This document shows positions 1 to 13,300 of a stretch of 64,000 nt of DNA, in pieces. The stretch's first letter is position 1, and each line of letters starts with the position of its first letter. The notes below the pieces were generated by a model. The model did not search any database. It was not told the origin of the DNA and worked only from the letters and a program-made list of their open reading frames with translations. Origin of the DNA: Tubulanus polymorphus (lineage: Eukaryota; Animalia; Nemertea); the NCBI RefSeq assembly GCF_964204645.1, contig NC_134036.1, forward strand, positions 3,162,001 through 3,226,000. Direction: 5' to 3'. The position numbers were made by a program, and so were the translations under genes.

Positions 1-1584
1 ACATTGATCCGACATTCTTATGTAGGCTCCAACTACAAGTATAAATGACAATTGCCCTTTTCTTCGCTTTATCCAATATTGCAACACATTTTCTCAAAAA
101 TCTAATTGCTGCTTTGAAACTTTCGGGTGTTTCTAACACTGCCATATATTAACTCAAGCAGGATATAATTTATTAATTATTAGTGACAGGTTGTATTTTA
201 ATCATAGATAACAGTTTATTAAGGAGTACACGATTGCTATATATTCAATATTTCAAGCACTTCTCTCTATTAATCTATAATATTAACTGTTTACTAATTG
301 ATCAAGTATCGATATTAAGTATCGGTCTGATCTGTCGTTAATTCACTCATTTATTAATCGGGTAATTGAGCATCCTCCTCGGCATAGATTCAAACCTGAT
401 GGCGTCATGAGATTCGCTACAGTATGAAACCCTGCAACACTAACGCGGGTGTGCCGTTTCATTTAGGCCTGGGTTTTCCAATTTATAGTTTATCCTCAAT
501 GCGCAATCTGATTAGGGTCGCAAGTTTTTGTGTGTCAAACTTGTGCTTGCAGCTGCGCACCTGGGTCTAGTGTGGCAGGGTTTCGTGCCGTGGCCGAGTC
601 TTAACGATGGCATCAGGTTCAAATCCCTGCCTTGGGGGGAGAACGCTAATTGATAAGCACTCTTCTTCATCAAATCATTAGTCGTAAACAATTTCCGAAA
701 TGACGGACAATTGAAGTCTGGTTTAATAATGTCATCTCATCCCACTCATACTAGCATCCAGACAGGGAAGTATCTGTATATCGCAGCAGCAGCAGCAGCA
801 GCAGCAGTAAGAGTTAGTTGATAGCGGTACACCGGCGACAGCGATGTTGATGCCGGTATTGGTTTATAGTTCATATCTAGCTACCACACCCATTTATACC
901 AGTTTGTTACAGCTTTATCTCTCCGCTGACATATTCATCATCGTAAGTTCTACCTCTCAATGGTGTCATCGACACCCGGATCATTAACTCTAACTGTACG
1001 TGGACCATAGATGAACGAATTAGTCGTAATTTTTTAGAGTCATGCTGTTATATATCCATGTGAGAGTTACTACAATTCTAGAATTGGCGCGGATTGATAC
1101 TTGAATAAGTGACATTGACGATCAGTGGAGATATATCCACCAGGTTTAAGACGCATGAATTGCTATCGTCGCGGTGTATGAGTTTTACAGCTGTTTTTAC
1201 AACCGCGGATGGATGACAGTAACTAATGATTCGACTTGATCTTCATTTTCTCGAGGGATCTGGCGAATGAATGATGTTTTTTTTTTCTTCTTTCAATCGC
1301 GCGGTGGTTGCTCGCACCTCTATGGCGCGTATTCTGGATTGATGAGATTTTCGATTGTGTTTTTAAGCGTCGCGTAGCTAGCTGTTCGGAATTCTTGAAA
1401 TTGCGTCTCTCGAGGGGTATTGTTTATTTTGTGTCAACTTCGATTTATTTCTTTTCATCGGAGTCGCGGTGATGTAGCGCTTTCAACTCGGTCAGATCTG
1501 GATTTCGTAGATTTGTGTTCAGCACTGAACGGTAAATTTTTGTAGTCGTGTAAATATGTGATGGTCAGGATGAGAAAACCATTC

Positions 1585-2045
1585 TTTTAGCCTGCTTGGC
1601 CGAAAGGCTATTCGGGCATATGCTGTACCCCCGGGACCAGTTGCACAGTCTTGAGTTAAGTCCAAAAGTGGTCTTTAAGACTGGTCTTAAGTTGGTAGAT
1701 TGGCTTGACTATGGAACTGGGACCAGTTGCACAGTCTTGACTTAAGTCCAAAAGTGGTTTAAAATCTTAAGACTGGTGCTTAAGTTGGTAGATTGGCTAT
1801 GGCTATGGATCCATGTTGGTCTTAGACTGGACTTAAGTCTAAGCTATGACTATGCGACCGTCTTTGTGGTGGTCTGGCATGTGTATCTGTGCATCAGATT
1901 TCTTGTGAACACAATTTTTGACAAGTCGTCTTCGAATTTGGATATGTTGTGTATGACCAAAAAATTCTCGCACAATATTGATATTGGTAATCGGATCCAA
2001 GATGGCCGATTGGTGGCCATTTTGGTTTTTGATCTGTTGCTTTGT
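1585..2045 (+). mobile_element. HINE/Helentron-like non-autonomous element interrupted by a MITE (1633-1862)
   Basis: Starts TTTTAGCC...GGCCGAAAGGCTA and contains a CAAGATGGCCG-type unit like the 15.4-16.6 kb array. The inserted piece has GGGACCAGTTGCACAGTC (duplicated at 1719) and an inverted GACTATGCGACC end. Confidence 0.5.
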
Positions 2046-5000
2046 CAGTTTTGATGTCCGTTATACCAGTAATGGTGTCTACTACATCATTAGTGATGTT
2101 TTATACATCCATAATGATGTTTCTTGCATTTCTAGCGATATGCACTACATCTGTCAATAGTGATGTATCCAGTTTCTATATGAAACTATATTCATTTCAT
2201 GTCACACATTCAAACCCTCATTAAACCAAGACATCTCTAGGATCTGATATTTCAATCGAATTTCTGGAATTTGAACAAATTTGAATCTTCCACTCGTTGC
2301 ACCTCTTCGCAGTGAGTTAACCCCTTCATATGTCGGTGTCTATTATTTTCGTCATCCGCGTTTTCGTCGCCGATGGCAAAATCTTTCCAACGTTCGCCGA
2401 TGTGACTGTTGTCGATTTATGAAACGAAGTATAATCATCACGCCCAAACGCATCGCGACTACATCGCCGTCGCCATCATCATCAACATTAATGGAACGGG
2501 CAATGAATAGAGATCACTGCTCCATGTGACACAGATGATTATAGCGATTTCGTCTCATTGGATTTTTTTGTTGTTGTTTTTTTATTTCTCGCGAGCGAAG
2601 CCATCAGGAATTATGTAATGATTTACGAATCGTAGATATGTTTCGCCATCGGGAATTGACGTATTGGATTTAGGAAATATTTGCGGTTTGGTTAATGTGA
2701 AATTGATGAGGTATTTTGTTATCGTTGATGGTTTTTATAAAGTGCAGTCATGCAGCAGGTAAACCAGTATTCTATTTGTTTGAAAGCTGCCGTTGACACT
2801 TGTTGTGCCAATATTATTGTGATTAGGCTGTCGACCATTTTACTTATGTTTGTCCCATTTTTGATACATTTTGACGTCACTTCTCTCCATAAAGCACCAT
2901 TGGGATGCTCACGCCCGTAGCCTGTCATGTCTTCCGGGGTTTTGATTTTCATGAAAGTGAATTTTTTTTTTAGCCCATGCAAATGCCGGGTCCTGCTAGT
3001 ACTCTTGCGCAGGAAAATTTTTTGAAAATTAGATATGAAAAGAACAATTTCCCAACTTCTAGCATATTTAGGCTAAAGCTAGCTTCTTTTTCCTACAAAT
3101 CTACCTCAAATCAAGTAAATTTGGAAGCATGTGAACAAAAACAAGTGAAAACTGTTACTCATCTGTAAATCTTTTGAAATCGATGCTCAAATGTTTGGAA
3201 GGCCTGGGGGGACTTTGTCAATGAGCCTTCGAAATCCCCCTCCCTAAATACTGGCCTGGTGTTTACACAGTTGTTTGTTTGGAGGATAGCGATGCTTTAG
3301 TCATTTGATTCTTATGTCCAGAACACATTTATCAGTGAGCCATCCGTGGTCATATCTCTCATTAACGTAGGTGTCATTGCGTTGCATGACGACTCCTTTC
3401 CCTCCAATACCTGGACATTTTTCAATCAAGCGTTATTACTTTCCCCGCGGTTATCGCGCTGGTGGACGCATTATCACCTTTGATGTAGCTAATATCTCAT
3501 TACGGTCGACGTATACGTAGGTACCACCCTCATTTCCACGATGGTGAAAAAGTTACAGACCATCGACCGGATAATTCTTGGACTTCGTGTTGTCACCCAC
3601 CACTGTCACGGGCACATCATTTACATATGAGGGAAATAGTTCTGACTTCAGTGACTGTACCAGACCTTGTAACAGGGGTCAGTCGCTCAAAAGTTGGTGA
3701 GAGTTAACCAGTGGATAGTTGACATAGTGACAATTCAAAGTTCATTGTTACTATGGTATTTATCGGCCGGTTATCTTTAACTAACTTTTGAGCAACTGGT
3801 CTTTCCAACTAAAGCTCCTAAGCCGATGAAGCATAATTGTCTTAAGAATCAGAACCTGGCCATATGATAGCTCAGGATACCTCTTAAACAGGTCTTGCAG
3901 TTTCCAACCTCCTCAGTCTTGTCAGCCTTATAAGTCTTGTCAGGACCCCATCTGGATCCTCTGTCAGGTCAGTCGAAGTTTAATGAAATCTCCATTTTCC
4001 ATCTACGGTACCATCGATGTATATTCATCATAGGAAAGGCTTACATCTGAAGAAGAAGGCAATTACAAGACCTTCATCTTGTTAAAGTTGTTACCAACTT
4101 CAAGCATCTTTGAGATGCTGCAAGCAACAGATGATTTATATATATAATATCATCTCAGGTAGTTTATCAATCAGGATTGATGGATTACGACTTCATATTG
4201 TCAGGCTTTCGGAATGTAACGCGATATAAAATGAAGATGCGAGGCAGGAGAGAGAAGAGAAGATGCGGAAAACATGATAGACGACGAGCAATGCAGATAG
4301 TGAAGGGGAGATATTGAGGAGGAAGCCTATGTAGTGATAAAGGGCATGAGAATGTTTAAATGTCAATCGATATAATTAGTTGTATAGGAGTCGTCATCGC
4401 TTACGTGCGACAACATTCTCAGAAAATTCTACTCCACCCAAAATTGTTTCGGAATTAACTCATTGATTCCGTCTATTCGGGTAATGATATTACCTCGGTT
4501 CGGGTTTCAATCCATGAATTTATGAGGTATATATTCATCGGTGGCGGTTCGATTCGCTATTTATAGCCGCGTCGACGCTATTTTTGGCGTGGCAAATTCT
4601 CGATCGATCGATCATGATCACGAGCGATCAAATCATATTTTTAAACACTGAATGATCGCGTGAAGCTTGAACGACAATTTCTGTATCGATGACTTGATCA
4701 ATTCATCACTCGAATGTGCTCTAAATGTCTATGGGTGTCACCTAACTTGGTATATTGTCGTTACGGTTTCTATTTGCTCTTGAATTGTCCATGGTACGTA
4801 CAAGATACTAGCTCAAAACCAACGGCAAAAATATTTTGATTGATCACGCGCATCTATGGGACGCACATCAAGCCCTGATTCGGCCGTCCCAACATCTAGC
4901 GTATGCCATCTTTTAGTTACAGTGCTATGTCACTGATGTATCTTGTTGTTCTGGTGCTATGTTATAGTTGTCTACTCTTTTATGACCTCCGTCCGAAATC

Positions 5001-6312
5001 TCCGGTTGGCTCCACACAAAATCTGAATCACACCACCTTGACTGAAAGGAGGTTCTGGACACTCCAAAAAGTCACGTGGCCAATAATAGAGTATGATTGG
5101 AGGCAAACGGATTCTCCGATCTGATAAAAGAGTACGCCCTTTGAAAAGAGCAGCTCTATTTAATTAGTAGGTAATGTCCTTTTCCAACATTAATTGGAGC
5201 ATCATTTCAGGCGATATAAGATACTCAATTGCAGATACGTTCGATTAGAAATTTCATCAGCTCAATACAATATCCACGTCAAAGTTATTGACGTATTACG
5301 TGATTTTTTTTTCAACCTCGGCAGAGACTTCTTACTCGAGGCGGTAAACGACGGAATCGGATCGATTTTTTTTCCCCGTTCTTTCATTGTTCGTCGGTTG
5401 CTGGCTCTGTGTCTTCATCATTCCATGCTCTCTCTCTCTCTGCTCTTGCTCTCCGCATTCACTGCTTACCTTTTATAGAAAAAGGCTGTATTGATGCTTG
5501 ACAAATCAATGTAAAGGTTTTGTTAATTTAATCCCTGGGATTTATTTGTTGAAATATCTCTGGTTTTATATGCAGCAGCAGCAGCAGCAGCAGCAGCTAT
5601 CCATTGTGTGGAAAACCCGGATGCAACAGGTTTTGTGCGCTGATCTAGCATTTGTCTAATGTCTATTTCTATGGGGTCACTTTTTTCTATTCCACCCCAT
5701 TCAAAGGAGACTTTTTGGTAATCCTTCAATACATGGTAAAATGGATCTAAAAACAATGTTTTCACTTCAACTGGCCATCTTTGTTGGTCCTATTAAGACC
5801 TATATCAGGTGTGTACTACAAAAACTGCTAGTTAGGCCACCCGACATCCTCTCAAGCAAAGTTGAAATTAGTTCACATTATTTTTTGTAGTTCATCTGAA
5901 ATTGAAATGTCTTGGTAATGTCTTTATGACTTGAATATCAAAGTCTAACTGAATGGTATGGGAAAGAAATGATCTCAATATAGAAACAACCTCTCTCTGA
6001 GAGTATCGCTGCCGCCTGTTCATGTTATATGCAGGGCCGTATACCATTAGCTTGTTGTTTATGTCAACTCCAGAAACTGCGGGTTTACGATCGTGAAGAT
6101 GACACTGAATTACTCTGATCGATTGCCTTCTTAATTACGTTGTTGATCGTCGTCGCGTTGTGCTCTAGTCTGTAATGTGTTAAGACACTCTACTCGAGAC
6201 TTATCGACTTAAGATTCTCTACTTTAGACACGTTAGTCGATCGTTAAATGTTTCATGTTCTAAATGAAAGAGAAAGAGGAGACCATGTTTTTTTTTCAAA
6301 GAAATTCGTCTG

Positions 6313-6417
6313 GGCCCGGTTTTATAGACCGGTATTACCTTTAACCTGGGGTCTAACTAAATTGAAAATGAATTAAATTAGCCCCCTGGCTCAAGGTACC
6401 AGTCTGTAAAACCGGCC
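6313..6417. mobile_element. Palindromic MITE (family of 62545-62652)
   Basis: GGCCCGGTTTTATAGAC...GTCTGTAAAACCGGCC, internally palindromic. Related copies at 35696-35805, 62545-62652 and (partial) ~14538-14612. Confidence 0.8.
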
Positions 6418-7369
6418 AATCAAGTAACTAATCTGTATATCAAAATTTTACAGATATAAGTACTGTAAAGTTATATATAATTGCATTGAAAAATTGCGAC
6501 TTTTGTATCTTGTTGTGCCTTCGTGCGGACATACATTAATTGTTCAGCATGGTACAACACCTCTATTTTCCATCTCTTTCTTATAATCTTTCCTTTTTCT
6601 TTACTTCCTTCCTCCATCTCTGCCCTTTTCCCATCCTTCTTCCGATCATTGATTCAATAGAAGGGCAGCCTTTTCTATCGACGGAACTCTTTATTCCTTC
6701 AAACCGACGGCTGGTAGCTTCGTTCGTAGATTCAGAGTTTCCATTTTCGTATCTCGTCTCGTCTCATTCGTCTCCGTATGATGACAGAAAGATGGAAGAC
6801 AAATGAAGATGTACGGCACTTGTCCGACTGCTTTTAAGAGGTTTCTTCGACGGTAAACAAGATCTGAATCGATACACGTTGACAATCTGACAAGGCACGT
6901 TCTTAAGTATTCTAATCGATGGAAATCGAATGAAGGTCAACTTAACGTGAACCTTCTTGTCATTTCAACCTAACAACAATATATCTATCTATACGAAGCA
7001 TCAGGACCTTGTTTCATATAGCATTAAAGTGATCCATTCCAGTTACTTGAATTGAACAATGATCGATCTTAGAAAAGAAGATCCTTCAATAAAAGATGAC
7101 TGCCTTTTGAATCCGCTTATAAATTGGCGACTAGTAATTGGATCTTATCATCCATGGTTTCTGGAAGAGTTCTAGATCTAATAATTAGTAGGCAATTTGA
7201 TGATGATGGTGATGTCATAAGGGTACTTCCAGAGCCAGCCATCTTTTATGCAATACAGTAAACAATAGATTAATCAAAAAGATGGGTTGGAAGAATACAG
7301 CGATGTCGGAAATGACATGTCCGAAAAAACTTTTATCCTCGAACGGCCGAATATGTGAAGTTTAAAGTT

Positions 7370-10300
7370 ATGAAAACTCGCGTTTCGAAAACTAGTAGTT
7401 CCGTAGATAATGCTAGTGGTACACAAACTGCTGCTGCGAATAACGGCAGCAACGACCTCTTGCGGCCGTTGAAAGAACTACTCTATAAAGCTCAGCGAGC
7501 GCAACATTTCGATGAAGCGGGTCTCGAACGGTTGACCGTACCGGAGGTTGTGAAGATATTCGACCTAACAACGTCGGTGCAGTGCGGTAAAGATTTCCTC
7601 GGCACCGTTTTTAAAGAGTTACACTGCGCCCATTCGATCGTGTTTTTGACGCCGGATTTGTTGAATTTAGCCGTATTACCTTATTGCCTTCCGCGTCACG
7701 TCAACATCACCGAACTCTCGAAAACAACAACATCGTCTTCAGCATCATCCGCGAAATCCGACCAGTCGTCGTCGGCAGCGGCGACTTCGTCGTCGTTGTT
7801 GAATCGATTGTTGCCGCGATTGTTCCCGTTTCGAGCTGCGTCGACCGCATCGTCGACCAACGGCGACGACCTGTTGGTCGATTACCTCGACGACGAAGAC
7901 GAAATCCGCGGTCCGTTCATGTTGTCGGCGAATTCGCAAAAACGCGTCGAATTCCTGTCGCAGTACGTGCTGACGAGTCGACCGACCGATCAGTCGATCG
8001 ACGAGTTGTCGACCGTTGCGAGTTCATGCGGCACGAACGCTCCTCGAGTTGACGCCCCTGAACGGATGAGAGCGAGCACGGATAATTTCGCGGCGATTTC
8101 CAGCGTTGTTTCCAATCGAGTTGACGGCAACGATGACCCGCTCGTTCCCGTCGTAACCATCGACGCGGTTACTGACGACAACGAAGATGACGACGATTCC
8201 GTCCGCGTCGGAATTTCCCGATCACGTTTCCCAAGTTTCGGAAAAGCGATCTTCACGAAAAGTCGACGTTTGTCACCGTTTTGGCCGAAATCGTACCACG
8301 GACTGTGGCGCACGCCCGAGGACGAGTACCCGCGGTTTCTGTTGGATAAACGCCGCGGCGCTGCGCTACCGTTACACGCCACAAACTTCGTCTGGAGCGA
8401 GAATCCGAATTGTTTTTTCATCCGTCCCGGAGAACGTTGTTTCGCGAAGGATGTCCCGTTGAAGCAGCCGGCATCGACCGGTTTATTCAAAGGCTTATCG
8501 ACCGGTTCAACCGGCGGTGGTTTCTTCAGCCTCGGGAAAATTCACGTATCGTCGCTCGTCACGAAAGCAACCGTTCATCACCGCCAAACGGCGCCATCTA
8601 CGAACAATCAAGGTAGTAATACCGATGATGGATTCGGCGCGTTCAAGAAAATCGCGTCTCGACCTCAGGATTTCAACCAAGCGGGAACGTTCGCACATAA
8701 TCGCTTATCAGAGACGGTAAGCAGCCCTAAACCGGTGCGGGAACGCGCCCGCGGGCATCGCGCCGGGCCCGTCAACGTGCACCATCATCCGGGACGGCCG
8801 CGTTCGGCGAGTTTACCGTCGACGAAACTCGCCGAGTCGATCGCCGAGTTTAAAACTCGTCTGCAGCGTTATAAGATCGATAATGATTCGGTGCTGCCGG
8901 ATTTCCTCGAGGATGACGAGTCGTCTGACGTCGCCGCGGAGACGACACGACTCGGATCCGTCGTCAATCTGATGAAAACGACGCGTCGCGTTAGAGATTT
9001 ACGTCGTAAATTCCGTCGCCAGGAAGGACTGGAAGTCGCCGGTGCCTCTCCGCCTCCGCCGGCCGGTTTAACGCAGAGTCGCAGCGAGGATTCACTCGAG
9101 CAGCAGCAGCAGCGCAGGCAGTATTATCGCGAGGACGGACGCAACAGCATCGACGACGAGGTCGCGAGGACCGAACCTCGTCGACTTCAACGACAATCAA
9201 GTTTCGAGCGGTCGTTGTCGCAACAAAGCGCAGCCATTCCGATGATCGTTACCCCCGACGACAACGACGAAGAAGAATCGAAGCGATCTCAGCGATTGCC
9301 TCCAGATGGCATCGAAGCGTCGTATTTACAATCGCCGAGTTTATCTCCGACACACGTTGATCCGCTCGCGAAGCCGGGGATGGTGACCGTCTCCGTGCAG
9401 GTGGACAGCGATGAGGATTTCACGGACGCCACAGGCGGCGCTGTCGAGTCGGCGTTACGCCATGTGCCGTCGTTGAAGACACGGTTCGGGGCGTACCACG
9501 GTAAAAGTCGCGACGGCAAATTCAAACGGCGTTTATACCAACGCAATAAGAAAACGTTAAGCGCGCCGGAAATGCAGAAACTGTACAAACAAGTATCGCG
9601 TTCGATGAGTATACTGAAAGAGAGCATGGACATCCCGGACGTAGCGTCGATGTCGTCCTCGTCCGGCGGGAATGACTCCTCCGTGCGTCGCTCCCGTAAA
9701 CCGAGCGTCGAAACGATACGCGAGTCATCGGCTCCGACGCCGACGCGCGAATTTTCGATGTCAATGCCCGATATTTCAAAGGTGCCCGCCGAACAGACGC
9801 TCGTGTTCAACTATCGGCATCAACCGTGCTCGCAGTATTGGATGAAGGATGTTTTAGGACTGGTGTTTTTTCAGGTAAGTAGTGTCGGTTTTGTTGATAC
9901 CATAGGCCTTACGGTTCCAACTTTTTTCCAAGGTTCATTGAATGCAGAAATAGATTCAAAGTTGTTTTTCAAACGCTTGTCCTTGCTGTATAGACAGTTT
10001 TTTTAGTGGCGGGGCAACTTCTTTTGCTTTACCGTCATACTTGATGGAAGCCCTAACATTCCCTAAATCCATCCTTTCCAAGTTTCGATGAATGCACAAA
10101 TAGATTCATGGTTTTTTCCAAATGGTTGTCATTGCTATATAGACTGTTTTTTAGTGGTGGGGTGGAGCAACTTCTTTTTGTTTTTGTTACCGTCATTCTG
10201 TGACGGAAGTCCTACAATTCCCTGACTACATCTTTTCAAAGTTTTAATAGATTCATAGTTTGTTTTTTTTCAAATGGTTGTCATTGCTATATATTTCTGT

Positions 10301-13300
10301 ACCTTTTCAGTGACTCGAAGTCGTTCTTCGATTTCACATCGGTTTTATTTCAGCTTACGGCTCAGAAACGATTATCCTTACTTTTAAAATTTTGCCGTTG
10401 TAGAAACCGACGTCGGAGTTGATGGCCGCGATACAGTTAGGTATTCAACAGAGCATCGGTGGCTTATCGTCGAAACCCGAGCGCGACGTGTTGATGCAGG
10501 ATTTCGCCGTCGTGGAAAGTGTCGTCTTTCCGGGGTAAATATTTCAATAATATCCTCCTTTCCTTTGCCCTCTCCCCTCCTTCCTCCGCTAGTACTATGT
10601 CAACGTTTGAATTATTCTCGAACTTGAAACTTAATTGAGATCTATCAACGATTTCTCAAATTCTACGATTCGGTAAGAATCGTTTTCAATTTATTGAAAA
10701 TATTCTAATTTTGCGCAGCCGGAATAGCTGGTACACCACAACCCTATCAATTAAATGTATAATCAGCGCGTGAAGATTTATACTTAGTTACGGGTATCAT
10801 AGTTGTCCCGGAGGTTACTTGACAACTTTACATTTGATCTTAGGCTGAATTATTGCGGGTTTTCTTTTGTCTGTTCTTCCTGAATGTTAGGCCTATGAAT
10901 GTTGTTGTTGTTTTTGGTTTCACTGCTAGGAGGAGGCTTAGAATTGTGCTGATGACATATCAGGCGCAGTATTCTTGTTGTTCCTCTAAGGTTGTGGGTG
11001 ATGTCACAAGGAGATCTATGAAGGCAGACATCTCTTTCGTAAAGGTGTATTAGTGCACCAGTTTATTCATAATGTTGGCCATGTTTTCTTTCTCTTGCGA
11101 CTTTCAGCACGAAAGATGATCCAATTTCTCCCTGCTGTTGACGAAGTTGTCGTCTTATTTCCAAGTAAAAACATTCAATTCTATCATGAATTTCTTCTTT
11201 TCTGTCTACAGCGAAGGTAGTAATTTGACTCCGGCTCATCACTATAGTGATTTTCGTTTTAAAACGTACGCTCCGGTGGCGTTCAGATACTTTCGCGAAT
11301 TGTTTGGTATCCAAGCAGAGGATTTCTTAGTAAGTAACAGTGTTCGGGGTTTAAAGCGCCACCCCTGTCATCTTTACATCCACCCCTCTTTATCAGTACG
11401 TGGTTCAATGAAAAATGTATAAATCGAAACATTTTGATCCTAGAAATTTTTCTGATTCACTCGAATTTCGCGTAATCGCATGAAAGATTTATAGAGGCAG
11501 CCATCCATCTTACGGAAGCGGCCATCTTTTCTACTAGAATGGCCGCCACACGAAATCAGCATTTGAAGCTATGCACGTTTTGTTTGTATTTTCCACCACT
11601 AGATGTCACTATGTAACGAATCGTTGGTTGAACTGTCGAATCCGGGAGCGAGCGGGAGCGTGTTTTACATATCGGCCGACGATGAATTCATCATTAAAAC
11701 TGTCATGCACAAAGAGGCTGAATTCTTACAGAAACTGCTGCCCGGTTATTACATGGTGAGTACTTACTGAAGATGGACTATCATACCAAAATCCAGACGT
11801 ATTTAAAACCTTTCCGGAGCTGACTAATTAATTGCTGGAGATGATTTTAAGAAATTCCACCCCAGTGTATTGAATAACAGTCATACCTCTATAATACATC
11901 TGCCCCATGGTGCGGTGTACTGTTAGTTAATAATATATCACTATGTTTGACAGGTGCTGCCATCTTTCAATAGAGATAAAAACTTATTACATCAATACGC
12001 CTTAATGCGGTGTACTAGTCATCATTGATTTATTATACATTGCACTGCGGTGTAGACGCGCTGAAAGGGTTAAATCTTTGCGTTTACAATGATGTTATCG
12101 ATTTTTTTTTACAGAATTTGAACCAGAATCCACGTACGTTGCTGCCGAAATTCTACGGTTTATACTGTTATCAGGTAAGGGATCAATCATACGCCGTACA
12201 GCGAGGAAATATTTTTCTCTTGAAAAAAAAGTCAGGTAATTTTGTATAAGAAAAAAAGAAAAGCTACAAATCAGGGAAAAGTCAGTAAAATTTGTTCAGA
12301 TTGCTAGATCGCACGTAATATCAAACATTTTCCGCCTATGTCTTTTGTATTTGACTGTGTTAATTGACCGGATTCTTAGCAGACCATGTCAGGGATAAGC
12401 CAAGGAAATAAGTTGAGATAATTTAGATCACAGTAAAAAAGTGGCCACCCTGATTATGATAGATACAATATTGTGTTTTTCGTTGCGTTGACAGTGCGGC
12501 GGGAAAAACATTCGATTCCTCGTGATGAACAACCTGCTTCCGACGTCGATAAAAAAACACGAGAAATACGACCTGAAGGGCAGCACGTACAAGCGTAGAG
12601 CTTCCAAACACGAACGAAACAAAAAAAGTCCGACGTTGAAAGATCTCGATTTCGGCGATAATCATCCGGACGGAATCTTCCTCGAGGCGGAGACGTACAG
12701 CGCGCTCGTTAAAACAATCGGCAGAGATTGTCGGGTAGGTGATTAATGGGGTCGGTGGGTGCAGTTATGCGGAGTTTCTAACCATCCGTGCTTGAAACTC
12801 CTTTGATTTTTGCAAATTCCAGAAACTCCTTTAAAACTCATTAATTTTGAGAAATGGGCAATTTGAAATTTTTATTTAGTTTTTAGTTGTATGCTACAGT
12901 TGTGATTCGTTTTTATGTGTTTTGTATCTGCAGGTATTAGAAAGTTTTAAAATCATGGATTTCAGTTTACTGTTGGGCGTCCATAATTTGGATCTAGCCC
13001 AACGAGAAAAGGTACGTCAGATTTTTTTTAACGAATCAATCTTATTTTCGATACGTTAATAGCTTTTTCCTAATGCTTTTCTGATATTTGCCTGTTTTGT
13101 AGAAAGAACTGGCGAAATTAGAAGAGAAATCGCCGACTGACGACATGAGTCCAACAGGCGCTGGGACTCCTGGTCGACGTAAGTACTCAATAACCATAAT
13201 CAAGCCTGATTATCACTCCGCGTCTGAAAATATCAAAGATATACTCAAAATACAATTCGTTTCGAGTTAATTCGCAGTTTAACTACTTTTTTCGATGTCA

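Noticed and set aside
729-806. MSSHPTHTSIQTGKYLYIAAAAAAAA first exon
   Set aside because: The apparent donor lies at the end of a CAG microsatellite and there is no other support.
7684-9810. Overlapping and antisense ORFs inside the long exon
   Set aside because: Expected shadows of a GC-rich coding frame; no recognisable motifs.
9875-10006. C-terminal part of the 883-aa ORF as real coding sequence
   Set aside because: It begins at a strong donor, composition drops to AT-rich, and it runs into a tandem repeat; most likely intron.
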